Source of the DNA: Octopus sinensis
Lineage: Eukaryota
Assembly (NCBI RefSeq): GCF_006345805.1
Contig: NC_043015.1
Coordinates: 49,166,001-49,230,000, forward strand
Length of the DNA: 64,000 nucleotides
Direction: 5' to 3'
A program made the position numbers and the translations under genes. Each line of letters starts with the position of its first letter. Positions within the stretch are counted from its first letter, which is position 1. This document shows, piece by piece, positions 1-12,257 of the stretch. The notes beneath the pieces are model-generated. The model made no database searches. It worked only from the letters and a program-made list of their open reading frames with translations, and had not been told where the DNA came from.

Positions 1-125
1 TGGTACTTAATTTATCGACCCCGAAAGGATGAAAGGCAAAGTTGACCTCGGCGGAATTTGAACTCAGAACGTAACGACAGACGAAATATGGCTACGCATT
101 TCGCCCGGCGTGCTAACGGTTCTAC
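1..125 (-). mobile_element. tRNA-derived SINE family B (Meta/MESC-like central domain), 5' part, cut by window edge
   Basis: Reverse complement contains B-box-like GAGTTCAAATTCC and GTCAACTTTGCCTTTCATCCTTTCGGGGTCGATAAATTAAGTACCA; matches many other copies in the window. Confidence 0.85.
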
Positions 126-483
126 CTAGTATAGTACGTGGTCTACCACGGTGTCAAACAGTATAGCCAGGGTTATCTACCTTAAAAATTACTGCTGGAA
201 GGTAATGAAGAAAGCCTTAGATGATTTATTTGTATCGTTCCTTAATGACATAAGGAGTGTTTATCGATAAAATGGATTGTCTTGATTTATCTGTGTAATT
301 TTTTTTTATCATATAAAATAACATAAGATTCAGCTTTTCTTATTTGTGTAATTCCTTTATAATGTACGAAGTGTTTTATCTCTGAAATATCTGAAAATTT
401 TTAATCTCTGAAATATCTGAAAAATAAGGTAGATAACCCAGGCTGTACTGTATGACACTGCGGTAGACCGTATATCATACTAG
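126..483. mobile_element. MITE-like element with 58-bp imperfect terminal inverted repeats
   Basis: 126-183 is the reverse complement of 426-483 at about 48/58 positions (CTAGTAT...GGGTTATCTACCTT); AT-rich non-coding interior. Confidence 0.7.
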
Positions 484-744
484 CACCAATTGTCTGTATT
501 GGTCGGTTTCCAGTTGTCCAATCGTGTTGGCGTAACAGTTTGTTTTTCCTGACGCGGGAAATTAATCACCAGCTCTGGGGAGCCTAGTGATCTCTATAAG
601 AACGACAGTTCTCGACTGCTCTAGGTCTTTGGCATACGCCATATGCACATATAAACCCATTCACCTTTATTTAATGTAACGAGTGTATCTGACCTGTATG
701 TGTCCTTTGTCTGTCCTTGTTTGTACCCTCTATGTATCCTGTTA

Positions 745-1143
745 TCTTTATATATAAAAGTCAAGTTGTGTGTCTGTCTCCTACGATTTAGATTCCTAAC
801 TACTCCCACATTTTGCGTTGCAGTGTAACCAAAAGCGGGTATCTTATAGTCGTGATTCATATCGAGCCGTTCTGGGTAGTAGCGCGCGTCTACGATGGGT
901 CTACGATTAAAAAAAATTTTTTCATCATTTTTTCCCATTTTTAATGCATTTTTTTTTGCTATTATATAAGGGAAGTAACTCTCTAAAAATGTATTATTAA
1001 ATCTCAGAACGTAAAAGGCTACAGTAACACCCCCCCCTTTGTGGTTAGTCATATTGAGATGGCTATTATACTTTACATCTCTAAAAATGCTTATATAGAT
1101 TATTTCCCTTACAAACCCGAGCAACACCGGGCGATACTGCTAG
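745..1143 (+). mobile_element. Non-autonomous Helitron (399 bp)
   Basis: 5' TC at 745 after host A; 3' CTAG at 1140-1143 before host T; subterminal CCCG(1116-1119)...CGGG(1128-1131) hairpin; no TSD. Confidence 0.8.
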
Positions 1144-1364
1144 TAGGAAATAAAGAAAACCTTTGGCACACGCCACTGACCACACGCAACTCGTCTCCGG
1201 CAACGATGTTAATGACACCAGCCAGTCTACGCTTTCATCTCCATCAGACGCCTGCCTACATCGTTGCTGTATAAACAGCACATGACCAACAGACCAACGG
1301 CTGCTTCTACACACCACCAAACAGTACATCAACTACGTCTACAAGATCAACTGGTACTTATTTC

Positions 1365-1968
1365 TATTTCTTTATTACCCACAAGGGGCTAAACACAGAG
1401 GGGACAAACAAGGACAGACAAACGGATTAAGTCGATTACATCGACCCCTGTGCGAAACTTGGTACTTATTTAATCAACCCCGAAATGATGAAAGACAAAG
1501 TTGACCTCGGCGGGATTTGAACTCAGAACGTAGCGGCAAACGAAATACTTATTTCTTTATTGCCCACAAGGGGCTAAACATAGAGGGGACAAACAAGGAC
1601 AGACAAACGGATTAAGTCGATTACATCGACCCCAGTGCGAAACTGGTACTTATTTCATCGACCCCGAAAGGATGAAAGGCAAAGTCAACCTCGGCGGGAT
1701 TTGAACTCAGAACGTAGCGGCAAACGAAATACTTATTTCTTTACTACCCACAAGGGGCTAAACACAGAGGGGACAAACAAGGACAGATATAGGTATTAAG
1801 TCGATTACATCGACCCCAGTGCGTAACTGGTACTTAATTTATCGACCCCGAAAGGATGAAAGGTAAAGTCAACCTCGGCGGGATTTGAACTCAGAACGTA
1901 GCGGCAAACGAAGTACTGCTAAGCATTTCGCCAGGCGTGCTAACGTTTCTGCCAGCTCGCCGCCTTAT
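1365..1968 (-). mobile_element. Trimeric SINE family B array (one full head + two 5'-truncated ~185-bp units)
   Basis: Three tandem units; 13-bp direct repeat TGGTACTTATTTC at 1352-1364 and 1969-1981 (TSD); inserted into an older family B copy continuing 1982-2110. Confidence 0.85.
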
Positions 1969-2115
1969 TGGTACTTATTTCATCGATCCAGAATGGTTGA
2001 GAGAGGCAAAGTGGATGCGAGCAGCATCTGAACACAGAACGTAAAGAACCGGAAGAAATGCTGTTAAGCCTCTTGTCCGGCGCGGTAACAATTCCGTCAG
2101 TTCACCTCCTCAACT

Positions 2116-2325
2116 GGCGCTGGCAGAATCGTTACCACACCGGACAAAAGATTTAGCGGCTTTTCATTCTTCATGTTCTGAGTTCAAATTCCACCGAAGT
2201 CGATTTTAGCCTTTTAACCTTTTGGGGGGTCGATAAAAGAAGTACCAATTGAGTACTAGGATCTATGTAATCGACACGTGCTCCTCACCCCAAGATTTCA
2301 GGCCCTTGTGCTTATAGCACAAAGG
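2116..2325 (+). mobile_element. Diverged SINE family B copy with alternative 3' end
   Basis: TGGCAGAATCGTTA head, GAGTTCAAATTCC B-box, GGGGTCGATAAAAGAAGTACC core, tail running into (TAC)n. Confidence 0.7.
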
Positions 2326-2610
<285 letters not shown>

Positions 2611-3689
2611 GAATATGGAATCAGAATTTAAAAAATTTTTAATTCCAAATTAGGCAGAAAAGAAAATAGGTTTCGTTCCATTCTGCTACAATTTGCTAAG
2701 TCGTTCATAAGATGATTCGATTTAATGAGATATAAAAAAAAGAGATTTATATCTTTTTAATGTTTCAGAAAGGAGAACGGAAAAAGAAAAAAAAAACCCA
2801 AAAAACACACCGATTAATGTATGAATTTGTTTTTATTTTTTGTTCCACCGAAAAAACTTACAATGACGCTGCTGTAAGATTCAAAGAATTATTCCTGCAA
2901 CCCCCCCCCCCCCCACAAACCCCAAAAAACTCGCCATCCATGTTACTCATTCTCGAGATGATGTAATCTCGAACACGACATGGGTAGGCTCCAATATATT
3001 TAACAACTGCACGAAGCAACAAACAAGCAAGCAAACAAACAAAACCTCATTTCCTATTTAGATGAAAAGTTAAAATAATTCTAATACAACATTTGGTTAA
3101 GACATTTTCTTCATCGTTATAGAACCATTATTTATGCGTTATTTCTTGAGAATATTTCCTCTGAATCATCACAATACGGTGCTAGTGTTTTTATCTCTTT
3201 CATTAAAGAGATAAAATCTTCCTACAGAGCTAAAACTTTATGTATTTTCACTGAATCATAAACATACTGTTTCTTATCTCCGGATTAAACATAAAACGTG
3301 ACTTCCACAAGTCTTTATTTAATAAATAAGATAAAAAATGAAGAAGAAAAAACTTATATAAATTATGATGTAACACAGGGTTTTTTTTTTGTCTTAGAGT
3401 CTTTTCGCCTGTTCTTAATTATCTATTGTTTTAGTTAAAGCGGCGAGCTGACAAAATTGTTTGCAAGTTTGTAACGATAAAGATGGTGTGTTTACGTCCC
3501 CCGTAACTTAGCGGTTCGGCAAAAGAGACCGACAGAATAAGTACTAGGCTTACAAAGAATAAGTCCTGAGGGTCAATTTCCTCGACTTAAGGCGGTGCTC
3601 CAGCATGGCCGCAGTCAAGTGACTGAAACCAGCAAAAGAGTAAGAGTATATATATATAATATATATATATATATATGTATATTCCGTTT

Positions 3690-4088
3690 TTTCTTTTATT
3701 TGTTTCAGTCATTTGACTGCGGCCATGCTGGAGCACCGCCTTTTTAGTCGAGCAAATCGACCCCTGGATTTATTCTTTGTAAGCCTAGTACTTATTCTAT
3801 CGGTCTCTTTTACCGAACCGCTAAGTGACGGAGACGTAAACACACCAGCATCGGTTGTCAAGTGATGATGGGGGGACAAACACAAACACACACACCACAC
3901 ACACACACACACACACACGCATACACACACACATATACAATGGGCTTCTTTCAGTTTCCGTCTACTAAATCCACTTACAAGGCTTTGGTCGGCCCGTGGG
4001 TATAGTAGAAGACACTTGCCCAAGGTGTCACGCAGTGGGACTGAACCCGGAACCATGTGGTTGATAAGTAAGCTATTTACCATACTGC
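3690..4088 (-). mobile_element. tRNA-derived SINE family A (bipartite, internal CA/TA microsatellite), full length
   Basis: Head ...GGTTCCGGGTTCAGTCCCACTGCGTG, body CCTTGGGCAAGTGTCTTC, tail GGCGGTGCTCCAGCATGGCCGCAGTCAAATGACTGAAAC; about 20 copies or halves in the window. Confidence 0.9.
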
Positions 4089-4095
4089 TGCGCAT

Positions 4096-4136
<41 letters not shown>

Positions 4137-4400
4137 GTGTTTGTGTATATATGTGTATATGTGTATGTGTGAGTGCATGCACACGCGCGCGTGTGTTTGT
4201 CTCCCAACCGGTGCTGGTTTGTGTGCATCCCTGTAACTTGTAGGTTCAGCAAAAAGAGATCGATGGAATAAGTACTCGACTTGGATCCTTTCTGGTCGCA
4301 GTCCAATGACTGAAACAAACGAGATAAAAGATGTCTGCCCATGTTTGACAGACGCACACTTCAACACACACATACTCACGCGCACACACACACTGAATTA

Positions 4401-4591
4401 CTCTTTTACTTGTTTCAGTCATTTGACTGCGGCCATGCTGGAGCACCGCCTTTTAGTCGAGCAAATCGACCCCGGGACTTATGCTTTGTAAGCCCAGCAC
4501 TTATTCTATGCCGAACCGCTAAGTGACGGGGACGTAAACACACCAGCATCGGTTGTCAAGCAATGCTAGGGGAACAAACACAGACACACAA

Positions 4592-4640
<49 letters not shown>

Positions 4641-4802
4641 TACGACAGGCTTCTTTCAGTTTCCGTCTACCAAATCCACTCACAAGGTATTGGTCGGTCC
4701 GGGGCTATAGCAGAAGACACTTGCCCAAGATGCCACGCAGTGGGACTGAACCCGGAACCATGTGGTTGGTTAGCAAGCTACTTATCACACAGCCACTCCT
4801 TG
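4401..4802 (-). mobile_element. SINE family A, full length
   Basis: Same head, body and tail motifs as 3690-4088. Confidence 0.9.
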
Positions 4803-5034
4803 CATATGTTAATTCATATAAACTTTAATAATGATTAAATCTTATAAAACTTTCATACTGACATTTAAATAAAAAGTCCATTCTATTGTTCCAAAAGTCA
4901 ATATCTTAATTTTACTTTTATTTGGCATGAAATATATATAAAATTCTTGGCAAAATATATTTTCTGCCAGTTTTAATGATCCAATTAACAAACTAGATCC
5001 ATTAGTGACACTAGAAGAAACACTGCTATCTGTC

Positions 5035-5097
<63 letters not shown>

Positions 5098-5226
5098 GTC
5101 TGTCTGCCTGCCTGCCTGCCTACCTGTCTGTTTCTCTGTCTGTCAGTCTGTCTGTCTGTCTGTCTGTCTGTATAATCTATCTATCTATCTATCTATCTTT
5201 CTATCTCTCTCTCTCTCTCTCTATCG

Positions 5227-5282
<56 letters not shown>

Positions 5283-5832
5283 GCCTGTTTGTCTGCCTGC
5301 CTGTCTGACTGTCCATCTACGTTGTAAGCGGCCTCGTGACCGAATAAGACCACTTCGTAAACAAATTCAATTCCAAGAAGCACTTCACTTTTTTGTTTTC
5401 CTTATCGCTGACGACACCACATCTCAAAAGAACTCTCAAGACCTACAAGATCTTGCAAGTCATTCTACTTTGATCAGCACTGTTTTTTCCGGCGGTAGCC
5501 TGACTACTCTAAATGTCAGGATTTATAATGTCGAGTACGTGCGTTGGTTGATCTACACACTCTGTTACGCGAGATGCACGGTAGGTTATGCTGGATGTCA
5601 TTGCACTGTTTATGAAGGACGAGTTTCTGTTATTACGGATGTGGCCGGGTTGGCCTGCCTTGGAGAAGCAGATATGACACACTGGTCACATGAAAGAGAC
5701 TCTACCGTGCTCTTATCAGAGGGTAGATTCAAATCTTCCAGCAGGTTTCAACACACACACACATACACACACACACACGCACACACACGCACACACACAT
5801 ACTCACACAATAATACATACATATATACATAT

Positions 5833-6014
5833 AGGTGCAGGAGTGGCTGTGTGGTAAGTAGCTTGTTTACCAACCACATGGTTCCGGGTTCAGTCCCACT
5901 GCGTGGCACCTTGGGCAAGTGTCTTCTACTATAGCCTCGGGCCGACCAAAGCCTTGTGAGTGGATTTGGTAGACGGAAACTGAAAGAAACCCGTCGTATA
6001 TATGTATATATATG

Positions 6015-6087
<73 letters not shown>

Positions 6088-7065
6088 TATATATATGCGT
6101 GTGTCTGTTTGTGTGTCTGTGTTTGTCCCCTCAACATCGCTTGACAACCGATGCTGGTGTGTTTATGTCCCCGTTACTTAGCGGTTCCGCAAAAGACGCG
6201 ACACGACAGGCTTCTGTCAGTTTCCGTCTACCAAATCCACTCACAAGGCTTTGGTCAGCCTGAAGCTATAGTAGAAGACACTTGCCCAAGGTGCCACGCA
6301 GTGGAACTGAACCCAGAACCATGCGGTTGGTAAGCATGCTTCTTACCACACAGCAAATCCTGCACCTATATGTATGTATGTATGATGTATGTATGTATGT
6401 ATGTATGTGTGTATGTGTGTATGTATGTATGTATGTATGTATGTGTGTGTGTGTGTGTGTCTGTCTGTCTGTCTGTGTATGTATGTGTTTGTGTATGTAT
6501 ATGTTTGTGTTTGTCACTCACCAACGCTAGACAGCTGGTATTGGTTTGTTTACGTCCCCGTAATTTAGCGGTCGGCGTAAAGACACTGATAGAACAAGTA
6601 CCAGACTAAAAAAAACAAAAACAAACGAACATAAAAGCTCAGGCATGGCTGTGTGGCAAGAAGCTCGCTTCCCAACCCCGTGGTTCTGGGTTCAGTCCCA
6701 GTACGTGACACTTTGGACAAGGGCCTTCTATTGTAGCCTCGGGCCGATCAAACCCTTGTAAGTGGATTTGGTAGCTGGAGACTGAAAGAAGCCCGTCGTA
6801 TATATACGTATATATTTATGTGTGTATGTCTTCGTGTCTGTGTTTGTCCCCCCCCCACCATTGCCTGACAACCGATGTTGGTTTGTTCACGTCCCCGTAA
6901 ATTAGTAGTTCGGCAAAAGAGACCGATAGAATAAGTACTTGGCTTACAAAGGATAAGTCCTGGAGTCGATTTCCTCGACTATAAAAAGCCGTTTATGGTG
7001 GTGCTCCAGCACGGCCGCAGTCAAATGACTGAAACAAGTAAAAAGAAAAGAATAAAAGAATAGAA
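5833..7065. mobile_element. Nested cluster of SINE family A copies (+5833-6195, -6205-6365, + remainder to ~6610, +6640-7065)
   Basis: Repeated head, body and tail motifs in both orientations, separated by microsatellites. Confidence 0.8.
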
Positions 7066-7208
7066 GAAAAAAAATGTCCTGGGGTCTATTTTTCCGATTA
7101 AACGCGGTGATCCAATATGGCCGCAGTCCAACGACTGAAGCAAATAAAAGATTAACAAAAAAAAAACAGACAAAAAGACTAAAAAATAAGTGTATTTACA
7201 AAGTGGAA

Positions 7209-7808
7209 AGCGGCGAGCTGGCAGAAATGTTAGCACGCCGGACGAAATGCTTAGCAGTATTTCGTCTGCCGCTACGTTCTGAGTTCAAATTCCGCCGAGG
7301 TCGACTTTGCCTTCCATCCTTTCGGGGTCGATTAAATAAGTACCAGTTACGCACTGGGGTCGATATAATCGACTTAATTCCTTTGTCTGTCCTGGTTTGT
7401 CCTCTCTGTGTTTAGCCCCTCGTGGGTAGTAAAGAAATAGGCATTTCATCTGTCTTTGTGTTCTGAGTTCAAATTCCGCCGAGGTCGACTTTGCCTTTCA
7501 TCCTTTCGGGGTCGATTAAATAAGTACCAGTTACGCACTGGGCTCGATATAATCGACTTAATCCGTTTGTCTGTCCTTGTTTGTCCTCTCTGTGTTTAGC
7601 CCCTTGTGGGTAGTAAAGAAATAGGTATGTCGTCTGCCGCTACGTTCTGAGTTCAAATTCCGCCGAGGTCGACTTTGCCTTCCATCCTTTCGGGGTCGAT
7701 TAAATAAGTACCAGTTACACACTGAGGTCGATATAATCGACTTAATCCCTTTGTCTGTCCTGGTTTGTCCTCTCTGTGTTTAGCCCCCTGTGGGTAGTAA
7801 AGAAATAA
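7209..7808 (+). mobile_element. Trimeric SINE family B array with 17-bp TSD
   Basis: Full unit 7209-~7440 plus two ~184-bp truncated units; GTATTTACAAAGTGGAA at 7192-7208 and 7809-7825. Confidence 0.88.
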
Positions 7809-8370
7809 GTATTTACAAAGTGGAACAGTTTTTTGAAATAGAAGATGAAAGCTTGGTTGTCGTTTCCCTCAGAATGTCTCAAACCTTATAATTTTCACAA
7901 CATTTTTTTGCTGTTTTTGTAGTAAATCGGGAACTGGAAGCCCCCCCACCTAAAGCTGACGAACAAAGAACGTTCATGCAAATGTAAATACAGACGTGAC
8001 GTATTTCACATTCAGAAGGAAGGAAGTAGGGTGTCCTTTGTAAATTTGTTCTTTATACTGAACTGAATAAAACAGAATCGACGACAGCTAAATACAAATG
8101 TATGTCAAAAGTCGACGTGTTTATTGTAGTTATTTATCAGCGTGCCTGCACACGCGCGCACACGCACACACATAGGCACGCATAGATATAAGACAAAATA
8201 ATAAGTGTTAGTATTTACAAAGTGGAACAGTTTTTGAGAAAGAAGATGAAAGTTTGGTAGTCGTTTCCCTCAGAATGTCTCAAACCTTGTAATTTTCACG
8301 ACATTTTTTTGCTGTTTTTGTTGTAAATCGGGAACTGGAAGCCCCCAAAGCTGACAGACTAGCAGACGGA

Positions 8371-8379
8371 CAGATGGAC

Positions 8380-8451
<72 letters not shown>

Positions 8452-8476
8452 TAAACAGACAGATAGACAATCAGAT

Positions 8477-8547
<71 letters not shown>

Positions 8548-8548
8548 G

Positions 8549-8579
<31 letters not shown>

Positions 8580-8605
8580 TGATTGATTGATAGATAGATA
8601 GATAC

Positions 8606-8643
<38 letters not shown>

Positions 8644-8664
8644 TAAACAGACAGATAGACAATC

Positions 8665-8712
<48 letters not shown>

Positions 8713-8713
8713 G

Positions 8714-8768
<55 letters not shown>

Positions 8769-8781
8769 TGATTGATTGATT

Positions 8782-8831
<50 letters not shown>

Positions 8832-9410
8832 CAGATTAAACAGACAGACAGACAATCAGATAGATAGATAGATAGACAGACAGGCAAGCAGGCAGGCAGA
8901 CAGACGGACGGACAGTCAGACGGACAGACAGACAGACAGACAGATAGCAGTGTTTCTTCTAGTGTCACACGCTCACACATAGACAGACACACATAGTTAC
9001 ACAGGCACGCACACGCTCATACACACACAGAGACACATATACACAGATATAGCCACATACACACACAGACACACATAGATACATATACAAGCACACACGC
9101 GCATACACACACACACACAAACACACACACACACCAACACACACATACAAACACAAACACCTATAAACACACACACACAAACACACGCACACACATACAA
9201 ACACACACACACACAAACACACACATACAAACACTCACACACAAACACACACTCACACAAACATACACACACAAACACACACAAACACACGCACATACAC
9301 AAACACATACACATACAAACACACACACACACCAACACACACATACAAACACAAACACCCATAAACACACACACATACAACGACACACATACACTCATTG
9401 ACACAGACAG
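8371..9410. repeat. (ATAG)n/(ACAG)n followed by (CA)n-type compound microsatellite
   Basis: Directly visible; source of the SIYL and CV repeat ORFs. Confidence 0.95.
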
Positions 9411-9786
9411 ATTCACACGATTACAACCAGTCCCATAACAGACTCCCCAGTGAGATCTAACGCTGTTCCCCTCCTCGTGTATTCCCTTCCCTTCTCGTAT
9501 CTAATAATTACAGGTAATTAACGCGACATCCCATCCATGTTGGTGTTATTGAGTAACCCATCCGAGGGCGGCCACCAACTAAATGGTTCTTAATGATACT
9601 TACCGAAAGTGTGGGCGTGGCCGTGTTGTCAAGTTGCTTGCCTTCCCCTACCGTGCAGTTCTGGGTTCAGTCCCACAGCGAGGTACCTTGGTCGAATACC
9701 TTTTATTATAACTCCGAGTCGATCAAAGCCTTGGAAGAGAATTCGGTAAACGGAGACTGAAAGAAGCAAGTTGTATATACAGGAGG

Positions 9787-9822
<36 letters not shown>

Positions 9823-9825
9823 ACG

Positions 9826-10026
9826 CCATGATAGATCGTTAGCTCCTACACGCATTTTTTTTCTCTCCTTGTTTCTCTCCTTGTTTTTTTTCTGTGTATC
9901 TTTCTGTCGAAGAGCGTAGGCTCGAAACGTAAAAGACTTTTTCTATTCCTGAGCGCTATACTAATACATTGTTTGTTTGTACTCCACCTGCCTTCGTCTT
10001 TTGTTTATTTTCGTAAACTTTCCCCT
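9826..10026 (+). mobile_element. Penelope-like terminal repeat (pLTR) remnant, family P1
   Basis: Similar to 27871-28058, 28206-28380 and 32406-32600; sits in a (TA)n tract; contains a hammerhead-like motif. Confidence 0.65.
9899..9936 (+). ncRNA. Minimal type-I hammerhead ribozyme-like motif (variant core CUGUCGA+A)
   Basis: TCTTT-CTGTCGA-A-GAGC(GTAG)GCTC-GAAA-CG-TA^AAAGA: helix I 5 bp, helix II 4 bp, palindromic ACGT helix III; folded by eye. Confidence 0.6.
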
Positions 10027-10042
10027 ATAATATTATATATAT

Positions 10043-10119
<77 letters not shown>

Positions 10120-10129
10120 TATATAAGTA

Positions 10130-10260
10130 AATAAATGGAGTTGAACGCAGGTGTGTTATTCAATTCTTTTACTTTCGACATATGTTTCGAAGACAACATG
10201 CAAAGGAATAAACGGTGTAAAATTTTCCATGTTAACGGTAAACAAATTCATCCATATATA
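10130..10260 (-). mobile_element. PLE terminal remnant, family P2
   Basis: Shares GAAACATATGT and terminal CCTGCGTT(C)AACTCCATT with the 3' end of the coding PLE at 29098-29220. Confidence 0.55.
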
Positions 10261-10265
10261 TATAT

Positions 10266-10498
10266 AAGGCGGCGAGCTGGCAGAAACGTTAGCACGCCGG
10301 GCGAAATGCGTAGACGTATTTCGTCTGCCGTTACGTTCTGAGTTCAAATTCCGCCGAGGTTGACTTTGTCTTTCATCCTTTCGGGGTTGATAAATTAAGT
10401 ACCAGTTACGCACTGGGGCCGATGTAATCGACTTAATCCGTTTGTCTGTCCTTGTTTGTCTCCTCTGTGTTTAGCCCCTTGTGGGTAGTAAAGAAATA
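10266..10498 (+). mobile_element. SINE family B, full length
   Basis: AAGGCGGCGAGCTGGCAGAAACGTTAG head, B-box, central domain, AAAGAAATA tail. Confidence 0.9.
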
Positions 10499-10580
10499 TA
10501 TATATATATATGTATATATTTACATGGAACACAAAGAAAAAAGGTCTTATGTAAAGTCTTATCTCGACGGTTGTTTCGTT

Positions 10581-10830
10581 AAGGCGGAGAGCTGGGAAAG
10601 GCGGAGAGCTGGCAGAAACGTTAGCACGTCGGGCGAAATGCTTAGCGGTATTTCGTCTGCCGTTACATTCTGAGTTCAGATTCCGCCGAGGTCGACTTTA
10701 CCTTTCATCCTTTCGGGGTCGATAAATTAAGTACCAGTTACGCACTGGGGTCGATGTAATCGACTTAATACCTATGTCTGTCCTTGTTTGTCCCCTCTGT
10801 GTTTAGCCCCTTATGGGTAATAAAGAAAGA
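10581..10830 (+). mobile_element. SINE family B with duplicated head and TSD
   Basis: AAGGCGGAGAGCTGG present twice; GGTTGTTTCGT at 10569-10579 and 10831-10841. Confidence 0.88.
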
Positions 10831-11664
10831 GGTTGTTTCGTGAAGGCCATATTCGCTTGACGTTATAGGTGTATGTCACACAATAACTTCCAGTGAAATT
10901 GTTAAAGCCAGTTAGGTGACTCTCCTCGAGGGATGGAAGGCGAAAGCCATATATGTATGGGCTATTTTTTAAGCCTAGTACTTATTCTGTCTGTCTTTTT
11001 TTTTCTGCCGAACCGCTAGCCCACAAGGATGGAAACACAAGAATACCGGTTGTCAAGCGGTGATGAGGGGACAAACACAGACGGGATGACACACACAGAT
11101 GGGAACCACTCCCCCCCACACACGACAGGCTTCTTTCAGTTTCTGTCTACCAAATTCATTCTCAAGGTTTTGGTCAGCCCGAGGTGCCATGCTTCGTAAC
11201 GTAGCGTTTCAGCAAAACAGACTGATAGAATAAGTACCACACTCGAACAAAAAAAAAAAGAATAAATAAATACGGCGGTGCATCAGCATGGCCGCAGCTC
11301 TGAGCTGAAACTAGAAAAAAAAAAAAAAAAAAGAGGTACTGGGATCGATTTTATTCGACAAAAACCCATGAAGGCGGTACTCCAGCATGGCCGCAATCTA
11401 ATGACTGAAACAAGCAAAAGATTGGACTGAAATCTGATTTATGATTGAACGAACGAAAGAAACTTCACTGCAAAGATGATGGAGAGAGTCCAGCCTCTGG
11501 CACCTCGTATCTATAAACGGAAGCGATAAGCTCCAGGTTGCTTAGAGACAGAATTATCATAACTGCTAGCTACATAAAAATTCTCACTCTGTCTTATTTA
11601 ACAATCTTGACCAAGCCATCGATCTTTTATGTTGTTTGATCAATATTGGAATACACATACATAG

Positions 11665-11711
11665 CGCAATGGGTTCCTGGTTACCAACCAGACTACGAGT
11701 ATTCTCAACTG
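11665..11711 (+). CDS. Candidate isolated coding exon (xQWVPGYQPDYEYSQL)
   Basis: AG at 11663-11664, strong donor CTG|GTAAGG at 11712, open frame in unique sequence; acceptor pyrimidine tract weak, no homology recognised. Confidence 0.3.
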
Positions 11712-11966
11712 GTAAGGATTATTATTGCCGAAACGTTCGTATATTTTTATGAGCAGAAAAGAAAAAAATAGATGGAAGTTAGATTGGTTGCTATTACGAT
11801 TGGTGTCCATTGCATTGCGAAAAAATTGTTGCAGCAGTATGGGATTGTAGGCTCACACAGCTTGACTGTTTGTCTGTCTGTCCGTTCGTCTGCCCGTCTG
11901 CCCGTCTGTCAGTTTGTTTGTCTGTCTGTTTGTCTGTCAGTTTGTCTTCTGTCGGTCTGACTGTCC

Positions 11967-12020
<54 letters not shown>

Positions 12021-12033
12021 GTCTATCTGTCTA

Positions 12034-12081
<48 letters not shown>

Positions 12082-12226
12082 TCTATCATCTACCTATCTG
12101 TGTCCGTGTGCACGTGTACACATACACTTACACACACATATACACATTTATATATACATTTGTTTCACACACACACATACACATTTATATATACATCTGT
12201 TTCACACACACACACACACACACACA

Positions 12227-12257
<31 letters not shown>

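Noticed and set aside
621-1127. 168-aa minus-strand ORF
   Set aside because: Antisense to the non-autonomous Helitron; no recognisable domain
5470-5934. 154-aa ORF with CTVGYAGCHC, reminiscent of EGF
   Set aside because: Cys spacing incomplete, no convincing splice sites, runs into microsatellite and SINE
10150-10215. Hammerhead in family P2 (GAAAC-ATAT-GUC; also 29130-29175)
   Set aside because: Helix III and triplet present, but no consistent core or helix II could be folded in either copy
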